64,000 bases of DNA, from positions 1 through 64,000 of the forward strand of contig JALAGF010004599.1 of assembly GCA_030167865.1 (NCBI GenBank), written 5' to 3'. Within the stretch, counting starts at the first letter, position 1; each line of letters starts with the position of its first letter. Positions 23,324 through 35,223 of the stretch are shown here, one piece after another. The stretch comes from Craspedostauros australis. Its lineage: Eukaryota. The notes under the pieces were generated by a model. The model made no database searches. It saw only the letters and a program-made list of their open reading frames with translations, and was not told the DNA's origin. Both the position numbers and the translations under genes were made by a program.

Positions 23324-24795
23324 TCATTCGTTTGCTGGCTTGGGCTTGTTGGAGAACAGCCTGAGGAATCTTCGGATGGCGACAAAGGGATAGACCAAGA
23401 TGAGCTTCAGACAGAAGGCTACGACGGCGGTGGCGCAGTCGCGGAATGCAATTCGCAGTGCTCGGAATACAGCGGGCACCAGACCCTGTGATCTCGCTCG
23501 ATTCTTGACCGCAAAGCAAATTGCACCAAACCTGCTGAGTCCTCGCTTCTTGAGGATTCTCATCGCGGACTTCCGTCGTTGGCTGTTTGATTGGCACGTT
23601 GTTGAGTTCGAATGGTGTCGGAAGCCGACATGATGGAACGCAAAGCAAAGCGGAAGAGCAAGTTCAGGATCGTACTGAGTAGGAATGACTGCTGCGGCAA
23701 GAGATCAACGGTTGGAGCAGGCAAAAGGTCGCTTTCTTCGTTCCGAACAGCCCGAGTTACCCATTCAGTCACTAAATCATTCACTCGATCATGCTTCATC
23801 GTCACTCACCTTTGTTCGTTCACAAAAATCCTTGCGAGGGGCAGCAGCAATTTCAACGGCATCGGTCGTTTCTGTAGACTTTCCTTCTTGGATAGAGTAT
23901 CAGGTGTGTTCACGGCATCTTGCGACGCTTTCGCATCGGCACCACCTGGCGCAGCTGAATTCCAAAACAACCCAATCTCTCGCACTTGAACCTCAAAGTA
24001 ACCCGGACGGAAGGACGGCAGCTCGCTGGTTTTGTCGGAGATTTGGAACTTGCTCAATGCCAAACCGATCTGGTAGATGCCGCCGGTCGTATTCAGCGGC
24101 TTGCCATCCGGGACCATCTTGGGTCCGCTGACCAACTGGAAGTCCTCGAATGGGATTTTGATCGTCTTCCATCCATCGCCATTCTCCTGGTCGTCGTTGC
24201 TTGGCATTTCGTAAGCAGCCTGGTACAGCATCTCCCCTCGCGTTTGATCCGACCGAGTCGTCATCTTCCAAACGCGCTTGTCGACATCGTCATCGCTCGT
24301 GAGACGGCACGTCAGGTAGAACCCGCTGGCACCCTCCACGTTGACGGGCTGCCGGAAGGGCAGCGTCCGCGTCCCGCAAAAGCCCCCGCCATCCGTGCGG
24401 CACACGCCGCTCCAAGTCGCGTAGTTCTCGGAGGATTGTCGCAGAGAAGACTGACTGATACCTCCCATGATGGCATCATCGATGCGTTCGAATTTGTCGG
24501 TGGCGTTCAGTTTGGCATCGGAGAAGTCGAACAGCGGTCTGTACACCAAGGCGTCGCTGCCTTGAGATGGAGTGCTGTCGTCATCGTCTGCGCTGGGCGA
24601 TGCCTTCGAGGACAGCTGAATGCATGCAGGCTTTCGCCACGTGACCTGCGGCAATGGTGATGAGGATGAAGATGCCAGCCTTGAGGTAGCTGTTTGTGGG
24701 AGCGGGCATGGTCTGGAGAAGCCTCTCACGGTTGCTACGAGTAGCAGCGGCAGAAGGACCGCCAGCGAAAGTGAGTGTGCTGCGGTCGTTCTCAT
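23324..24795 (-). CDS. CIA30/NDUFAF1-domain protein with signal plus transit-like presequence; exons 24795-23810, 23582-23324
   Basis: RIDDAIMGGISQS, GVCRTDGGGF, WKTIKIPFEDF, QIGLALSKF. Hydrophobic N-terminus followed by VRG-FS. The intron join keeps the frame. Confidence 0.8.
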
Positions 24796-25186
24796 GGTGC
24801 TGCTCGTAATACAGAGTGAAACTTCTATTCTGTCAGTCTCGCCTTTTGTATTCCTGACGCTGCTTAGATTGATGCTCGCAGGAGAGGGCTGTTGATGTCA
24901 ATGCACAGCGCAAGTGGAAGTGGAAGTGGAAGTGTGCGGCGTGTGGATTTGTGTCATGCGTCGCGTCATGTATTGTGCTCGTGGATCCTCCCCCTTGCAG
25001 TTGTTTGACAAAGATCTTTGCTGGGATGACACAAGTGGTGGCAATTGGCTGATGTAGCTCTTTGGTGTGGCGGAGAATCTGCGAAATCTCAGGCTGCCTA
25101 AAATTCTAAAGTCCTAATTTAAGAAGAGCTACATACTATGGGTGCGATGTAGATACTCTCTAGAGAGTAGAGTAGATGAGAGCAGT

Positions 25187-27255
25187 TCAAAGCTCATCTG
25201 TCTCTGCATCGTCCTCGTCATCATCCCAACCCATAATCTCGGCGAGGGAAAGCTCTTCCTCAATCACCTCACCATCCTTGCCATCCCATGGTTCGGTCGA
25301 CTCGATTTGCGGAACACCAGGCGCTTTCTGAGTGGCCTGGCGACCGCTGGTGAGACCGTGAAGGAATGTGGACATCGTCTTTTCGGAGAATGATCCCTTC
25401 ATGACAGCGTACGCCCCTCGATCCATCGAGTAGGCGACCAGTGTCGGGTATCCAAACGTAAGTCTACGGTAGGGAGTTGCGTGGATGGAAGGTTCGTATA
25501 ATATGTCGCATGTAACATGGCATAATAGAACATTCGAGTAGAAGTGGTGAGTAAGTCGAATGTGATGTTTGAGAGTCCATTGTGGTGGGGAGATGCGTGG
25601 GCCTTACGCCGTACAATAGATCGTAGAGTACGATAGAGTACCCAACACCAGATGTTCTGCAATTGGACACACAGCCCAAACACACAAGTCAATAATCGAG
25701 ACACCTCTCCAGGCTGCAACAGTCGGCTCCCAAGCGAATGCACAGCAGCAGAGCACACAAACACGTACCCGAATACTTTCTCCACCTGGGGCTGCGACGG
25801 CCCTTCGAACCAAAAGAAGGAATAGTCGTATGCGCCAAATCTGGTTGACACGGCGCCGACGACGTCCTTGTATCGGTTCCTTCCTTCCGCCCCGCTGTCC
25901 AGGATATGTGGTAGTGCTGCCATGATGCAAATATGATTGGCACCGCTGCACTCAGTCTCAAAGGCTTCTGCGCTGGTCATTTCCACCACATTCCGCGATA
26001 TGCCGAACTGTTTCATCTGTTCCAGGACCGCATTGATGACAGCGATGGTGCCGCGGTCTCCATTGTAATCCATGACCTTCACGTCCACACCATCTTCCGA
26101 TCCACGGAAGATCTTGATCGTGGGGTAGCTGTTGATCTTGAACTTTTCCCCGATGCTCTTTTCTGCGGTTGCATCGACCCAGCCAACGACAATACCATCT
26201 CCTCCGAGCTTTTGGGCGACTTCCTCCCATGTTGGTCGGAGCTTCTTGCAGTGGCCGCACCACGGAGCGGTGACTGATGTTGGATGAGAGTGACAATGGA
26301 CAAATGAGTTGAAACGACACAAAATGCTTGCACGGTGCAGCGACATTGCAAGGTGAGGCAAAGCAGACTGACACTCCAAAAGGAAAGCAGGACGCGTGCG
26401 CGTAAGCATACGAACATGTGCAGACGGGAAGACATGATCTCCGCTTTCGCACGACGGACTGATTCACACAACCGCGCATGCCAATGTGGCCTTTCAGATA
26501 GGTCATGACCACGAAGAAAGCAAGAAGAATTGCAGCAACAATCAGTCAAAACCAGATGCATCAATGGCACCATATGCGCACTTACAGGCCACAATCGAGA
26601 GACCGGGGTTCTTCGTCACCTTCTGTCGGAAGGTTGCGGAAGTCATCTCAAGCACAGAGCCAGTTTCCGCTTTGGCTCCGCCACCGCCACTGCTGCTGGT
26701 TTTGGTGTTGCCACCAGCTGCGTTGCTTGCCCTGCGATGCTTCTTCGCAGCAGGATCCCAATCGGGATGCTCGTAGTGACCGGCACGATCGCGCAGCGTT
26801 TCCAGGGCAACCTCCATGATATCCTGCATGAGATCCTGCGTCTCCATAGGTCCCTTGTACCGTTTTGCGTTCTTGCCATCGCCACCGTACAGGTACGCGG
26901 CTGATGCATCCTTGGCTTCGTAGAGCTGGTTCACATCGAAGCCTTTCAATTGCTTGAGGTCCACCCCTGCTTGGATCATGGACGGTGCATCAATGACGCC
27001 AACGCGAAAGATACCTTTGCAGATGTTTGCCAGACGTATGAATTCCTTCGCAGTTTCTTCGCATTCTTCGTCGCAATGTTGTGGAGAGAAGACATGCAGC
27101 ATCCATATGCTGTTCGATTCAAAGAGGTCGGCGTAGGCGGCGCTGCTGTCGATCGTCGCCACCGAGCTTTGTTCGTCGTAGAATGGTTTGGCATGGCATT
27201 GGCATGCTTCGAAGCCAAGGATGGCCAACAGGGGCACCGCATGAATCACCCGCAT
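25187..27255 (-). CDS. PDIA6: Protein disulfide isomerase, P5/PDIA6 type; exons 27255-26586, 26273-25769, 25463-25187
   Basis: Signal peptide, spliced AFTAPWCGHCKKL, YPTIKIF, LPHILDSGAEGRNRY, EPWDGKDGE and C-terminal TDEL. Confidence 0.85.
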
Positions 27256-27850
27256 GGTTGGAGCTTCGTTCGATTCCTCAGCACGAGTAGAGAGTGGATG
27301 AGCCAAGCTTAGAGCAGAGGCAAGGCGACGATTGGTGATTGGTGGTTGATGGCAGCAACAGAATGTTGACGATGTCCGCAGGTGTTGCTGTTGGTGTTAT
27401 TGTGTACCTGCGATCCGCCCCAGCGCGTGGTGTCGCTTCGCACGCCGAACGTGCGTTGATGTCCGCGCTGGTTCGCTTCCCGCACACGAAATACGGAAGA
27501 AGGCGAACAGTCCCACATTCGCGCCCGACTCATTTCTAGTCGAGCTTGTCACAGAAGTCCATCGAATCGATTCAGAACACTTTTTCGTTTCACAAATTTC
27601 CACGCCAACACATCACACGAAGTGGAGAAAACACGTTGTTGTCACCGTCATTCCGATCATCACCATTCCAACCAGCGCCGAAAGGGAAGAGAAGAGACCG
27701 GACTCGACTTGTGCCCATCCATCGTCGTACCAGTTGGGTGCGTGCAGACGCATCCACACCACTGGCAATCTTCAAATCCATAGTCTACATACAATCGCTC
27801 TGCAGCTCGACATCTTTTGTCGTGCCTATCGGTATTGTGAGACTACGAAT

Positions 27851-29113
27851 ATGCAATCGAGATTGCTGTTGGTGATTTCCTCGTTCGTCGTCGCCTCATC
27901 AACGCATCGTTGCGTTTCTTCTTTCGTGGTCCGCCCGACGGCGTCATCCTTGGTCGCAGCACGTAGCGGGCACCATCTGAGCACAAGGGCTGATCGAATA
28001 CCTTCATCCGCATCAGCATCGGCTTCATTCCAAGCCGCGACAGGGAAACAGGACCTACCAACCACCAAGCTCCCAGTCGCAGGCATGCGCGGTGTGAAGA
28101 AGGAGAACCTTCCGACGAAGATCTGCGTGACGTGCGGTCGGCCGTTCAATTGGAGAAAGAAATGGGAACGCGTTTGGGATGAGGTCACGACGTGTTCCAA
28201 GAGCTGCAATCGCAAGCGCAAAGAAGCCAACCGACAAGCAAATCAGAGCAGCAAAGGCGGGGAGCCGCTTCCGCAAGAGCTGTATGTTACTGCCGGTGAT
28301 GGCAACATGCAGCAGTCGTCAGGATCGTCCACACCAATAGCAGGGTCAGAACAGCAACACGATGGCGATAGCGATATTGCTGCTGTTGCCATTGCTGTAG
28401 CAAACGAGATGGAAGCATCGCTTCAGTTGCATTCCAGAAGCGGTGATATTCCGGACGACGACAACAGCAGCGTCGTCGATGCCCCGCTTTCAGACGTACT
28501 TGAAAGTCTTCAGAATGAAGTCAACGATGACAATGGTGGCATTGGCGAAAATGATAGTGATGACAATGAGGACGCCGAACCGCTGGACCCCGTCGCACAG
28601 AAGAAAGCGCAACGCAAGGCCGCCAAGAAAGCCAAGAAGGCGGCGCGACGCGCGCAACGGGAAGGTCGCGGTGCTGCTGATGTTGGCCAGAAGACGTGCG
28701 ACATGTGCGGCAAGTCCGTGAATTTGTTGGTGCGGTGCATGTATGAACAGGGACAGACAGATTGGAGGATGATATGTGGCAAGTGCTGGAACGTTGCCAG
28801 CGGTGGCATCGTGGATGGGGATGCCAATCATCCGCATTACAGGTCCGTGGATTGTCTTTCAAGGTTTGTGGGTGTGTGTCATGTGTATGCATTGGTTGTG
28901 TTGGATAGATCATGCATGCCATGCATGTACTTGTACGAGTAGTACCATACAGACACAGAGCCATGGTTTCCGTGAAGGCTTCAACCGACCAACTAGCCAA
29001 CTTACCCACCGCAAACACTTCTAAATCTCTCAACCGACGCACTCCACAATTTCCCTTGCTCGAATGCGAACAGATACGGTGGCTTGTGGAAGAACAGAAG
29101 GAAGCAAACATAG
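27851..29113 (+). CDS. DUF2256-family Cys-rich protein with a second C-terminal Cys4 domain, probably plastid-targeted; exons 27851-28842, 29074-29113
   Basis: KENLPTKICVTCGRPFNWRKKWERVWDEVTTCSKSC. CDMC...CGKCW...HPHYR|YGGLWKNR after splicing. Presequence with VSS-FVV. Confidence 0.8.
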
Positions 29114-29342
29114 GATTGCATACATATACCTATGATTTGAAGAGTTGCAGTAGCAGTTTCATTGAACCTTAACGATATCTACATCAACGTGCGGAAGTAT
29201 AAGCACTGCATGCTGGATTTGTATCTATTCACCATGTGGTGAGAATGGAATCCAGGACAATGCTCATACGTCGGTCTCAATTGCTTTGCACATCCAGCTA
29301 ATCACAGATAAAACACGATCGCTCGTACGTGGCCGATTGAAC

Positions 29343-30893
29343 TCAGTCGGTCTTCTGCGTCTTCTCTCCGGTGGCCAAGAAGGCGTTCTTGTTTTGTGCA
29401 CGTGGTCCCCACCAGCATCCACGCAGTCGCTTCTTTATCAGGACGACCTTCTCCTGATGCGTGAGCATGTTGCCGGTTTTCTCTCCCTTGAGGTCCGCAA
29501 ACTTGTGGGCCAGCGCATCGTAATCGCGTGCCACGGACATGCCGAAGATTTCGAAGGCGTGCGTCTTGCGGAAGACGGATCCTCGGCGGTCAACGTACTG
29601 CTCCCAGAACTTGTCCAGGTGCTTGGGATGCTCCGTCCAGTGGGCTCCTGGATACTGGTGATGCACGACGTGGGAATCCTCGTTGAGGACGTTGATGGTG
29701 CCGTCCAGGATGGTGATGCTCTGCACGAATTCATTGTCCGGTTCCGAGGGATCGAAGAACGCGTGCCAGCTCCAGTTAACGGCCGCCAGCAGGATTCCTG
29801 CCTCGAAGAAGGGAAAGGCAACGTAGACCATGGCAAATCCTGGGCCCAGCGCCCACACCCAAATGCCCATCCAGGCGAAGAAGTAGGCGCTGCCGTAGAC
29901 GACCTTGAGGGCGGTCTTCCACTTGCCTTCGTTGACGAACTGAATGACCGTGCTGATGTTGACATTGTAGAGGAGGAAGCGAGGGACGTATGCGACCCAG
30001 TTGAAGAAGTTGTCACGTGGCTTGTCAGCGTTGGTGACCACGTCCAGCGGCCCGTTGCTGTAGCGATGGTGATTGACGGAGTGACCGTATGTGAAGACAG
30101 CCGGCAAGACACCATAGAACATTCCGATCCACCAATTGACGACGTTGCGAAGGATGAAGGATTGGTTGCACCGTCCAGTGAAGGGTCCCACGAAGGCATG
30201 CCCCTCCTTGTGCGCGAGGGTGTATACGTAGGCGAAGTTCATGAAGTAGGGACCGATGCGTAGCAGGTGGTACGCAAAGGCGACCCAGACGGAGAGGCCG
30301 TAGTGATGAACATGCCAGGCACATGCGAAGAACATGCCGGGGACCAGCACCCCGTATGCGAAGATGCAGTTGATCATGTAGGCATCCTCTGGCCGCTTGA
30401 CGAATTGGTTGTTGAAGGCGTGGGTCTTATTCTCCAACCAGGGAATGAACTTGGTGAAGATGAACCCGGTGAGCTCCTTGCCGGAGTCGACGAAGCCTCC
30501 ATCGAAGCCTCGGTCGATCGCCTCCCAGATCATGCTGGTGAAGACGACGAGGCCGATTGGCGGTCCCACAAGCACAAGCGTGATGGCTCCCGAGATGAAA
30601 TTGGCCCATTCGGAAGCATTGCGGAAGTCGATCATCGGGGTGTCATCGCCCTCCACGAATGTTGACACTGATTTTGACGCTGATGCCGATGCTGGAGTTG
30701 CTGAGCCTGCTGAGCTTGACGCAGAGGTGTACGATGAAGTGCTGCCATCTTCATCTCCCTCGCGTGCCTTCTCAGCTTGCTTCGTTTCTTTGTGCTGCTG
30801 CTGCTGCTGGGTCTTTTGCATCAGATTGAGGGCATCATCGGCAGATTTGCGTTGAGCCGCCTCCACATTTTCAACCGACGAGTTGGGTGCCAT
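29343..30893 (-). CDS. Membrane fatty-acid desaturase/hydroxylase superfamily protein
   Basis: His boxes HKEGH, HSVNHH and HVVHH, with several hydrophobic transmembrane segments. Confidence 0.8.
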   Translation of the reverse strand: MAPNSSVENVEAAQRKSADDALNLMQKTQQQQQHKETKQAEKAREGDEDGSTSSYTSASSSAGSATPASASASKSVSTFVEGDDTPMIDFRNASEWANFISGAITLVLVGPPIGLVVFTSMIWEAIDRGFDGGFVDSGKELTGFIFTKFIPWLENKTHAFNNQFVKRPEDAYMINCIFAYGVLVPGMFFACAWHVHHYGLSVWVAFAYHLLRIGPYFMNFAYVYTLAHKEGHAFVGPFTGRCNQSFILRNVVNWWIGMFYGVLPAVFTYGHSVNHHRYSNGPLDVVTNADKPRDNFFNWVAYVPRFLLYNVNISTVIQFVNEGKWKTALKVVYGSAYFFAWMGIWVWALGPGFAMVYVAFPFFEAGILLAAVNWSWHAFFDPSEPDNEFVQSITILDGTINVLNEDSHVVHHQYPGAHWTEHPKHLDKFWEQYVDRRGSVFRKTHAFEIFGMSVARDYDALAHKFADLKGEKTGNMLTHQEKVVLIKKRLRGCWWGPRAQNKNAFLATGEKTQKTD

Positions 30894-31606
30894 CTTCGGT
30901 CGGGTTCCGGATCAGTATCAAGGGGATTGGGTTTCGGCAACTGCAATTGTGATTGCAATAGTGATTGGTCCGAAGGTGGAGTGCGAGCGCACAGACTTCC
31001 TCTCAGAGGTGAGGTTTATGAGTTGACGATGTCGGCGGATGTCACCAGTTGCTTTTCACCTCTCGATGTAGGGATGGGATCTCTCGCCTTGGTGTTGCCA
31101 CACATGCGTATCGCGAATGTCACAACAAAAAGTGATGAAAGCCATGGTCCTTGTGCGAAGCCAGCGGCGCTTCGTCCGCTCTTCGCGAAGGAAGGCACGA
31201 GTGAATCTTACGGAGACAACGCGAACGCAATTTTTCAAAACGAAGGACGGCGCGGCGGGAGCGAAGAATTCGTCGGAACGCTATTAGTCGACTGGGTCAT
31301 CACGTACGGTCGAATAGATCGATTGTAAAAGTCGCGGTAAAATAATCAAAAAGTAGGAAATGGAAATGGATTCTCAACCAACCATCCAAACGCGCAAACA
31401 AGACAGGAGAAAAGCGTGAGAAAGGATGGCGACGATGGTGTCATGTCTTCGCAACAGCAAACGTGCCGTCGTTTTGGTCATGGCACAGTATCTGTGGCCT
31501 CTTCTTCCTCTTCTTGCCTCCAACCACTTGGTTCATGACAATATTCGAGAGGTCTGAAGCGAAGGAAGCAACCAAGGGGAGGCAATCATCCGAAGAAAGA
31601 GGCATC

Positions 31607-32841
31607 ATGGGCAAGAAGGAAGAGAAGAATCGTGAACACGAGGAGACCGTGGAAGACTCCGAGGATGAGAGCGACAACGACAGCGGCAGCAACAATGATG
31701 GTGACGCTGACAACAGCCAGCCCGTCTTTTCGAGATACGTTGAGGGGCAGGAAGAAGATGAAGCTGATGACGATGATGACGATGATGACAGCGATGGAGA
31801 AGACGGAGATGAAGACAATGAGGACGACGAGGACGATGAAGATGATGCACAGAATCCAGAAGTAGACGAAGAAAAGGATCGAGCAACATCTTTTTCGAAG
31901 AACGATGGCAACGTAACAAGCAAGGACAAGACAGAGACAGAGACTGACAAGGACAAGACGGCCGCAACCCGCAAATCCACCAAGAAGGTGCACAGACTCT
32001 CACTCAAGAAGACTGAGGACTTCAACGCCAAGCTGCTTCGACGTGGTGTGGTGTACATTGCACGCATCCCACCGAAGATGACACCGACCAAGGTCAAGGC
32101 CTTGCTGTCGCAATTTGCGGAGGTAACCCGCGTGTACTTGGTGGAGGAGGATGCCACGGTTCGGAAGCGACGCAAGAAGAATGGCGGTGGCGGAGGCAAG
32201 CGGTACATCGAAGGATGGATCGAATTCGCCAGCAAGAGGAAAGCCAAGCGAATTGCACATAGCTTGAATACGACGCCGATATCGACGTACAAGCGTGATC
32301 CGCATTGTGGTACGTGCCTACATGGCATTTGTTGATGGGTTCAATTGGTTGTGAGCATACGAATATGCCGTTCTTCTGGAGTGCAATCTGTCTTTTCATC
32401 GGCGATTTCTCATCCCTGCTCAACTCAACCCTGACACTCACACTGACACTCACATTTGTTGCGCGTTCCCTAAATCCCAACCATGCGTGCGTACTCGTAC
32501 CTGAACACCCAACAGGCGATCTGTGGAATCTCAAGTACCTGTCCAAATTCAAGTGGTCTCACCTGACGGAGAAGGTGGCATACGAGCGACGAGTGCGAGA
32601 GCAGAAGCTGCGAGTCGAAATGATGCAAGCGCGACGAGAGAATGCGGCCTACGTACACATGGTGGAGACAGGCAAGAAGCTGGATCGGATCGAAGAGCGC
32701 AAGCGGAAACGTGGCGAGGCTGGTGCCGTTTCCTACAAAGAGGGTAGGAAGGGCAAGCACTCCAGGCACAACCAGACGAGACCCATTGATGGCCATGACA
32801 AGAAGGCCGCCAAAACGGCTGTGTTGGCTGGTCTTGTTTAG
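31607..32841 (+). CDS. ESF2: Pre-rRNA processing protein ESF2/ABT1; exons 31607-32309, 32516-32841
   Basis: [40 protein letters not shown] and an acidic N-terminus. Confidence 0.9.
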
Positions 32842-33021
32842 AGCATGTATGAGTACTGTAAAGGATTTAGAGAGGAGAAAGCCTTGGATCCATGGTCCCT
32901 TCACAACTTGGAGGAAGATAGACTAGTAGAGTGGACGCCTCATCTTCGAGACGATATCAACCGATCTAATACTCTCATGCTCTCACGGAGGAGTTGTCAT
33001 CGAATACTTGTATCGGGCCTC

Positions 33022-33846
33022 CTATTTTTCTGATTCCGATTGCCAACATATCCGCTGCACCGTCAGGTACTCGTTGTGCGCTCGCCGCCGAAAATAGGGC
33101 CGCATGTCAAGACCGTACTCTTGCGCCAGCGTCGATGCGATTTGCTCTGGTTGATTGTCGTCCACGGTGATCATGAAGCAAACGCCTTGCGGCTTCGACA
33201 ATAGCTGCGGGATTTGAGGCAAGGCGCGATCGATCACGACACGTCCGTGCGTCCCGCCGGCCCAACTGGCCTCGATGCCGCAACCCTGCACTTCATCATC
33301 GGGCGTCGGCACGTAGGGTGGATTGAATAGGATGGCATCGTACGAATGAGATAACAGCGAGGTTGCCAAATCGCAACGCACTGCCTCGATACCTTCCACG
33401 CTGTTCTGTTTGGCGGTACGTAACGTGACATCCAGGGCTGTGGGATTGATGTCTGTGGCAGTTAACGGTATCGATTGAGCGTTGCTGCTGTCATTTTTCC
33501 CATTGTTATCGCTGGCGTGATCTGCTTTCGTTGCCTTGCTGCTACAAAGCTTGGACTGCTGCCCCAAGAAGACGATCGGCACACCCGACCCACAACCAAT
33601 CTCTAACGCATTGCGTGGACGGAAGGATGGATCGGCTTGGAATGCATGCTGGATGGCATCGATGAGCAAGTACGTGTCTTCGGCTGGCTCGTAAATCTCA
33701 TCGTAATCCTTCATGGTGAGATGATCCAACGATGGCATGGACGCGGAATCCGCATTCTCCGCCAGCGTCTCCGCTGCCTTGTTCAGATCTTCCCATTCCT
33801 CCGTTCCGACCTGCTGCGATGATCGCAATGGGTGCCAATCCGTCAT
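33022..33846 (-). CDS. N6AMT1: HemK2/N6AMT1 (Mtq2) eRF1 glutamine methyltransferase
   Basis: IYEPAEDTYLL, LEIGCGSG, TDINP, FNPPYVPT, SWAGG..GR.VIDR. Confidence 0.9.
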   Translation of the reverse strand: MTDWHPLRSSQQVGTEEWEDLNKAAETLAENADSASMPSLDHLTMKDYDEIYEPAEDTYLLIDAIQHAFQADPSFRPRNALEIGCGSGVPIVFLGQQSKLCSSKATKADHASDNNGKNDSSNAQSIPLTATDINPTALDVTLRTAKQNSVEGIEAVRCDLATSLLSHSYDAILFNPPYVPTPDDEVQGCGIEASWAGGTHGRVVIDRALPQIPQLLSKPQGVCFMITVDDNQPEQIASTLAQEYGLDMRPYFRRRAHNEYLTVQRICWQSESEK

Positions 33847-33941
33847 TCCAGCGAGTTGTTTGTGAGCGATGACGATCGTCAAAAAATGATGGTGGTCCTC
33901 ACGACGGTGATGGCATCAACGGTATCAATGACAACAATGGT

Positions 33942-33992
33942 AACGATGACAACGATGACAACGATGACAACGATGACAACGATGACAACGAT
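33942..33992. repeat. 9-bp tandem repeat (AACGATGAC) x~5
   Basis: Directly visible upstream of N6AMT1. Confidence 0.85.
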
Positions 33993-35223
33993 GGCATCAA
34001 TGTTGATGACGTGCGCGGTGCAGATTGGTTGGTCGGCGCCACACGCGACCACGAGAGGGGTTGGAGAAACAAGAAAGTTGTCGCGGTTCTGTGGTTGGTT
34101 GGATGCGAGTTTTGGGGAGTGGGTCTCGACGTCTGCCCGGCGATCAGGCTGTACCTGAAAAATCTGTGTTGTGCGTTTGCAGTGCCGTTTTCGCTTTGCG
34201 ATTTCGTAATCTTCCAGAAGATCCGTGTTCGCTGTGTTGGTGGCTGTTGGTTTCGTGTCTGCAAGCGCGCCATAAATGCACAGAGAACAACCCGCCAGGG
34301 TGCTTCACGCGCAGCACCTTGGGCACAATGGTCTCCAACCAACAAGTACTCCCATGGGATGTGGCCAAGGGGGAAGACGAGTGAACGGAAAGGGAGGAAG
34401 AGTATTGTTTTCGGCTGGTCCAAGCCGTCCCTCCACCTGTCTCTCTTGGCCACAGGGTCAGACTCTCAAGGGACAAACCCGGCCAGATCATGCCATGCCA
34501 TGCGCTGTCATGCCAAACACAGAGAGCGAGAGCGGGAGAGAGCGACTCCACCATGAGGATCCAATCACACGAACAGGATGATTTTTGGGGTTTGGGCACC
34601 GCATGCGCAACTCTCCCATAGTCCGTGGAAAACGCAACGCACAATCGCCATCGTCGTCGTCGCCGCCGCCGCTGCATCGTGATTCACGCTCAACGATGCG
34701 TTGATCCTACTTTACGGTACAATAGCATGGCACCATACAATGGCGGCAATCGCATTGCGTGCTGATGCGGCATCACTCGCTCAACTCTGCAGACCACCGC
34801 TCTGCCCCCACTTCGCTGGGAAGAAACCATCGGCAATCGGATCACTGTTTCTCTATCTCCGCACTCCACACTCCACTTCTCATTGCGACCGATCTCGTGG
34901 TACTCTTTCCTGCGCGGTCGTCCCAAGGTGAGTTCTTCATGGTCGATAAGATGACAGCATCGTCATCATTGTCAACATTGCCACCATCTCCAACGAGAAA
35001 CAGATCGCAATCGAGATCAGCCCTTCCTTGCATCGGTTGGCCATCTGCCTTTCTCCATCTTCGTCCATTCACTCATTCATCTGCCTCTCTCCTTTCTCGT
35101 CGCACTGCGCTGCCCTCTTCTTCAAATTCTTCTTGTTCTTCGAACGCACCTGCACAATTACTTCTCATACAGTCACAGTCACGGTCACGGTCACAATCTC
35201 TCTCTCGCTAGATTACCGCAGCA

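Noticed and set aside
29286-30263. 325-aa plus-strand ORF
   Set aside because: Antisense shadow of the codon-biased desaturase gene.
33899-35211. Several 100-180 aa ORFs between N6AMT1 and the ankyrin gene
   Set aside because: They overlap on both strands, are partly repeat-derived, and lack motifs; consistent with a divergent promoter region.
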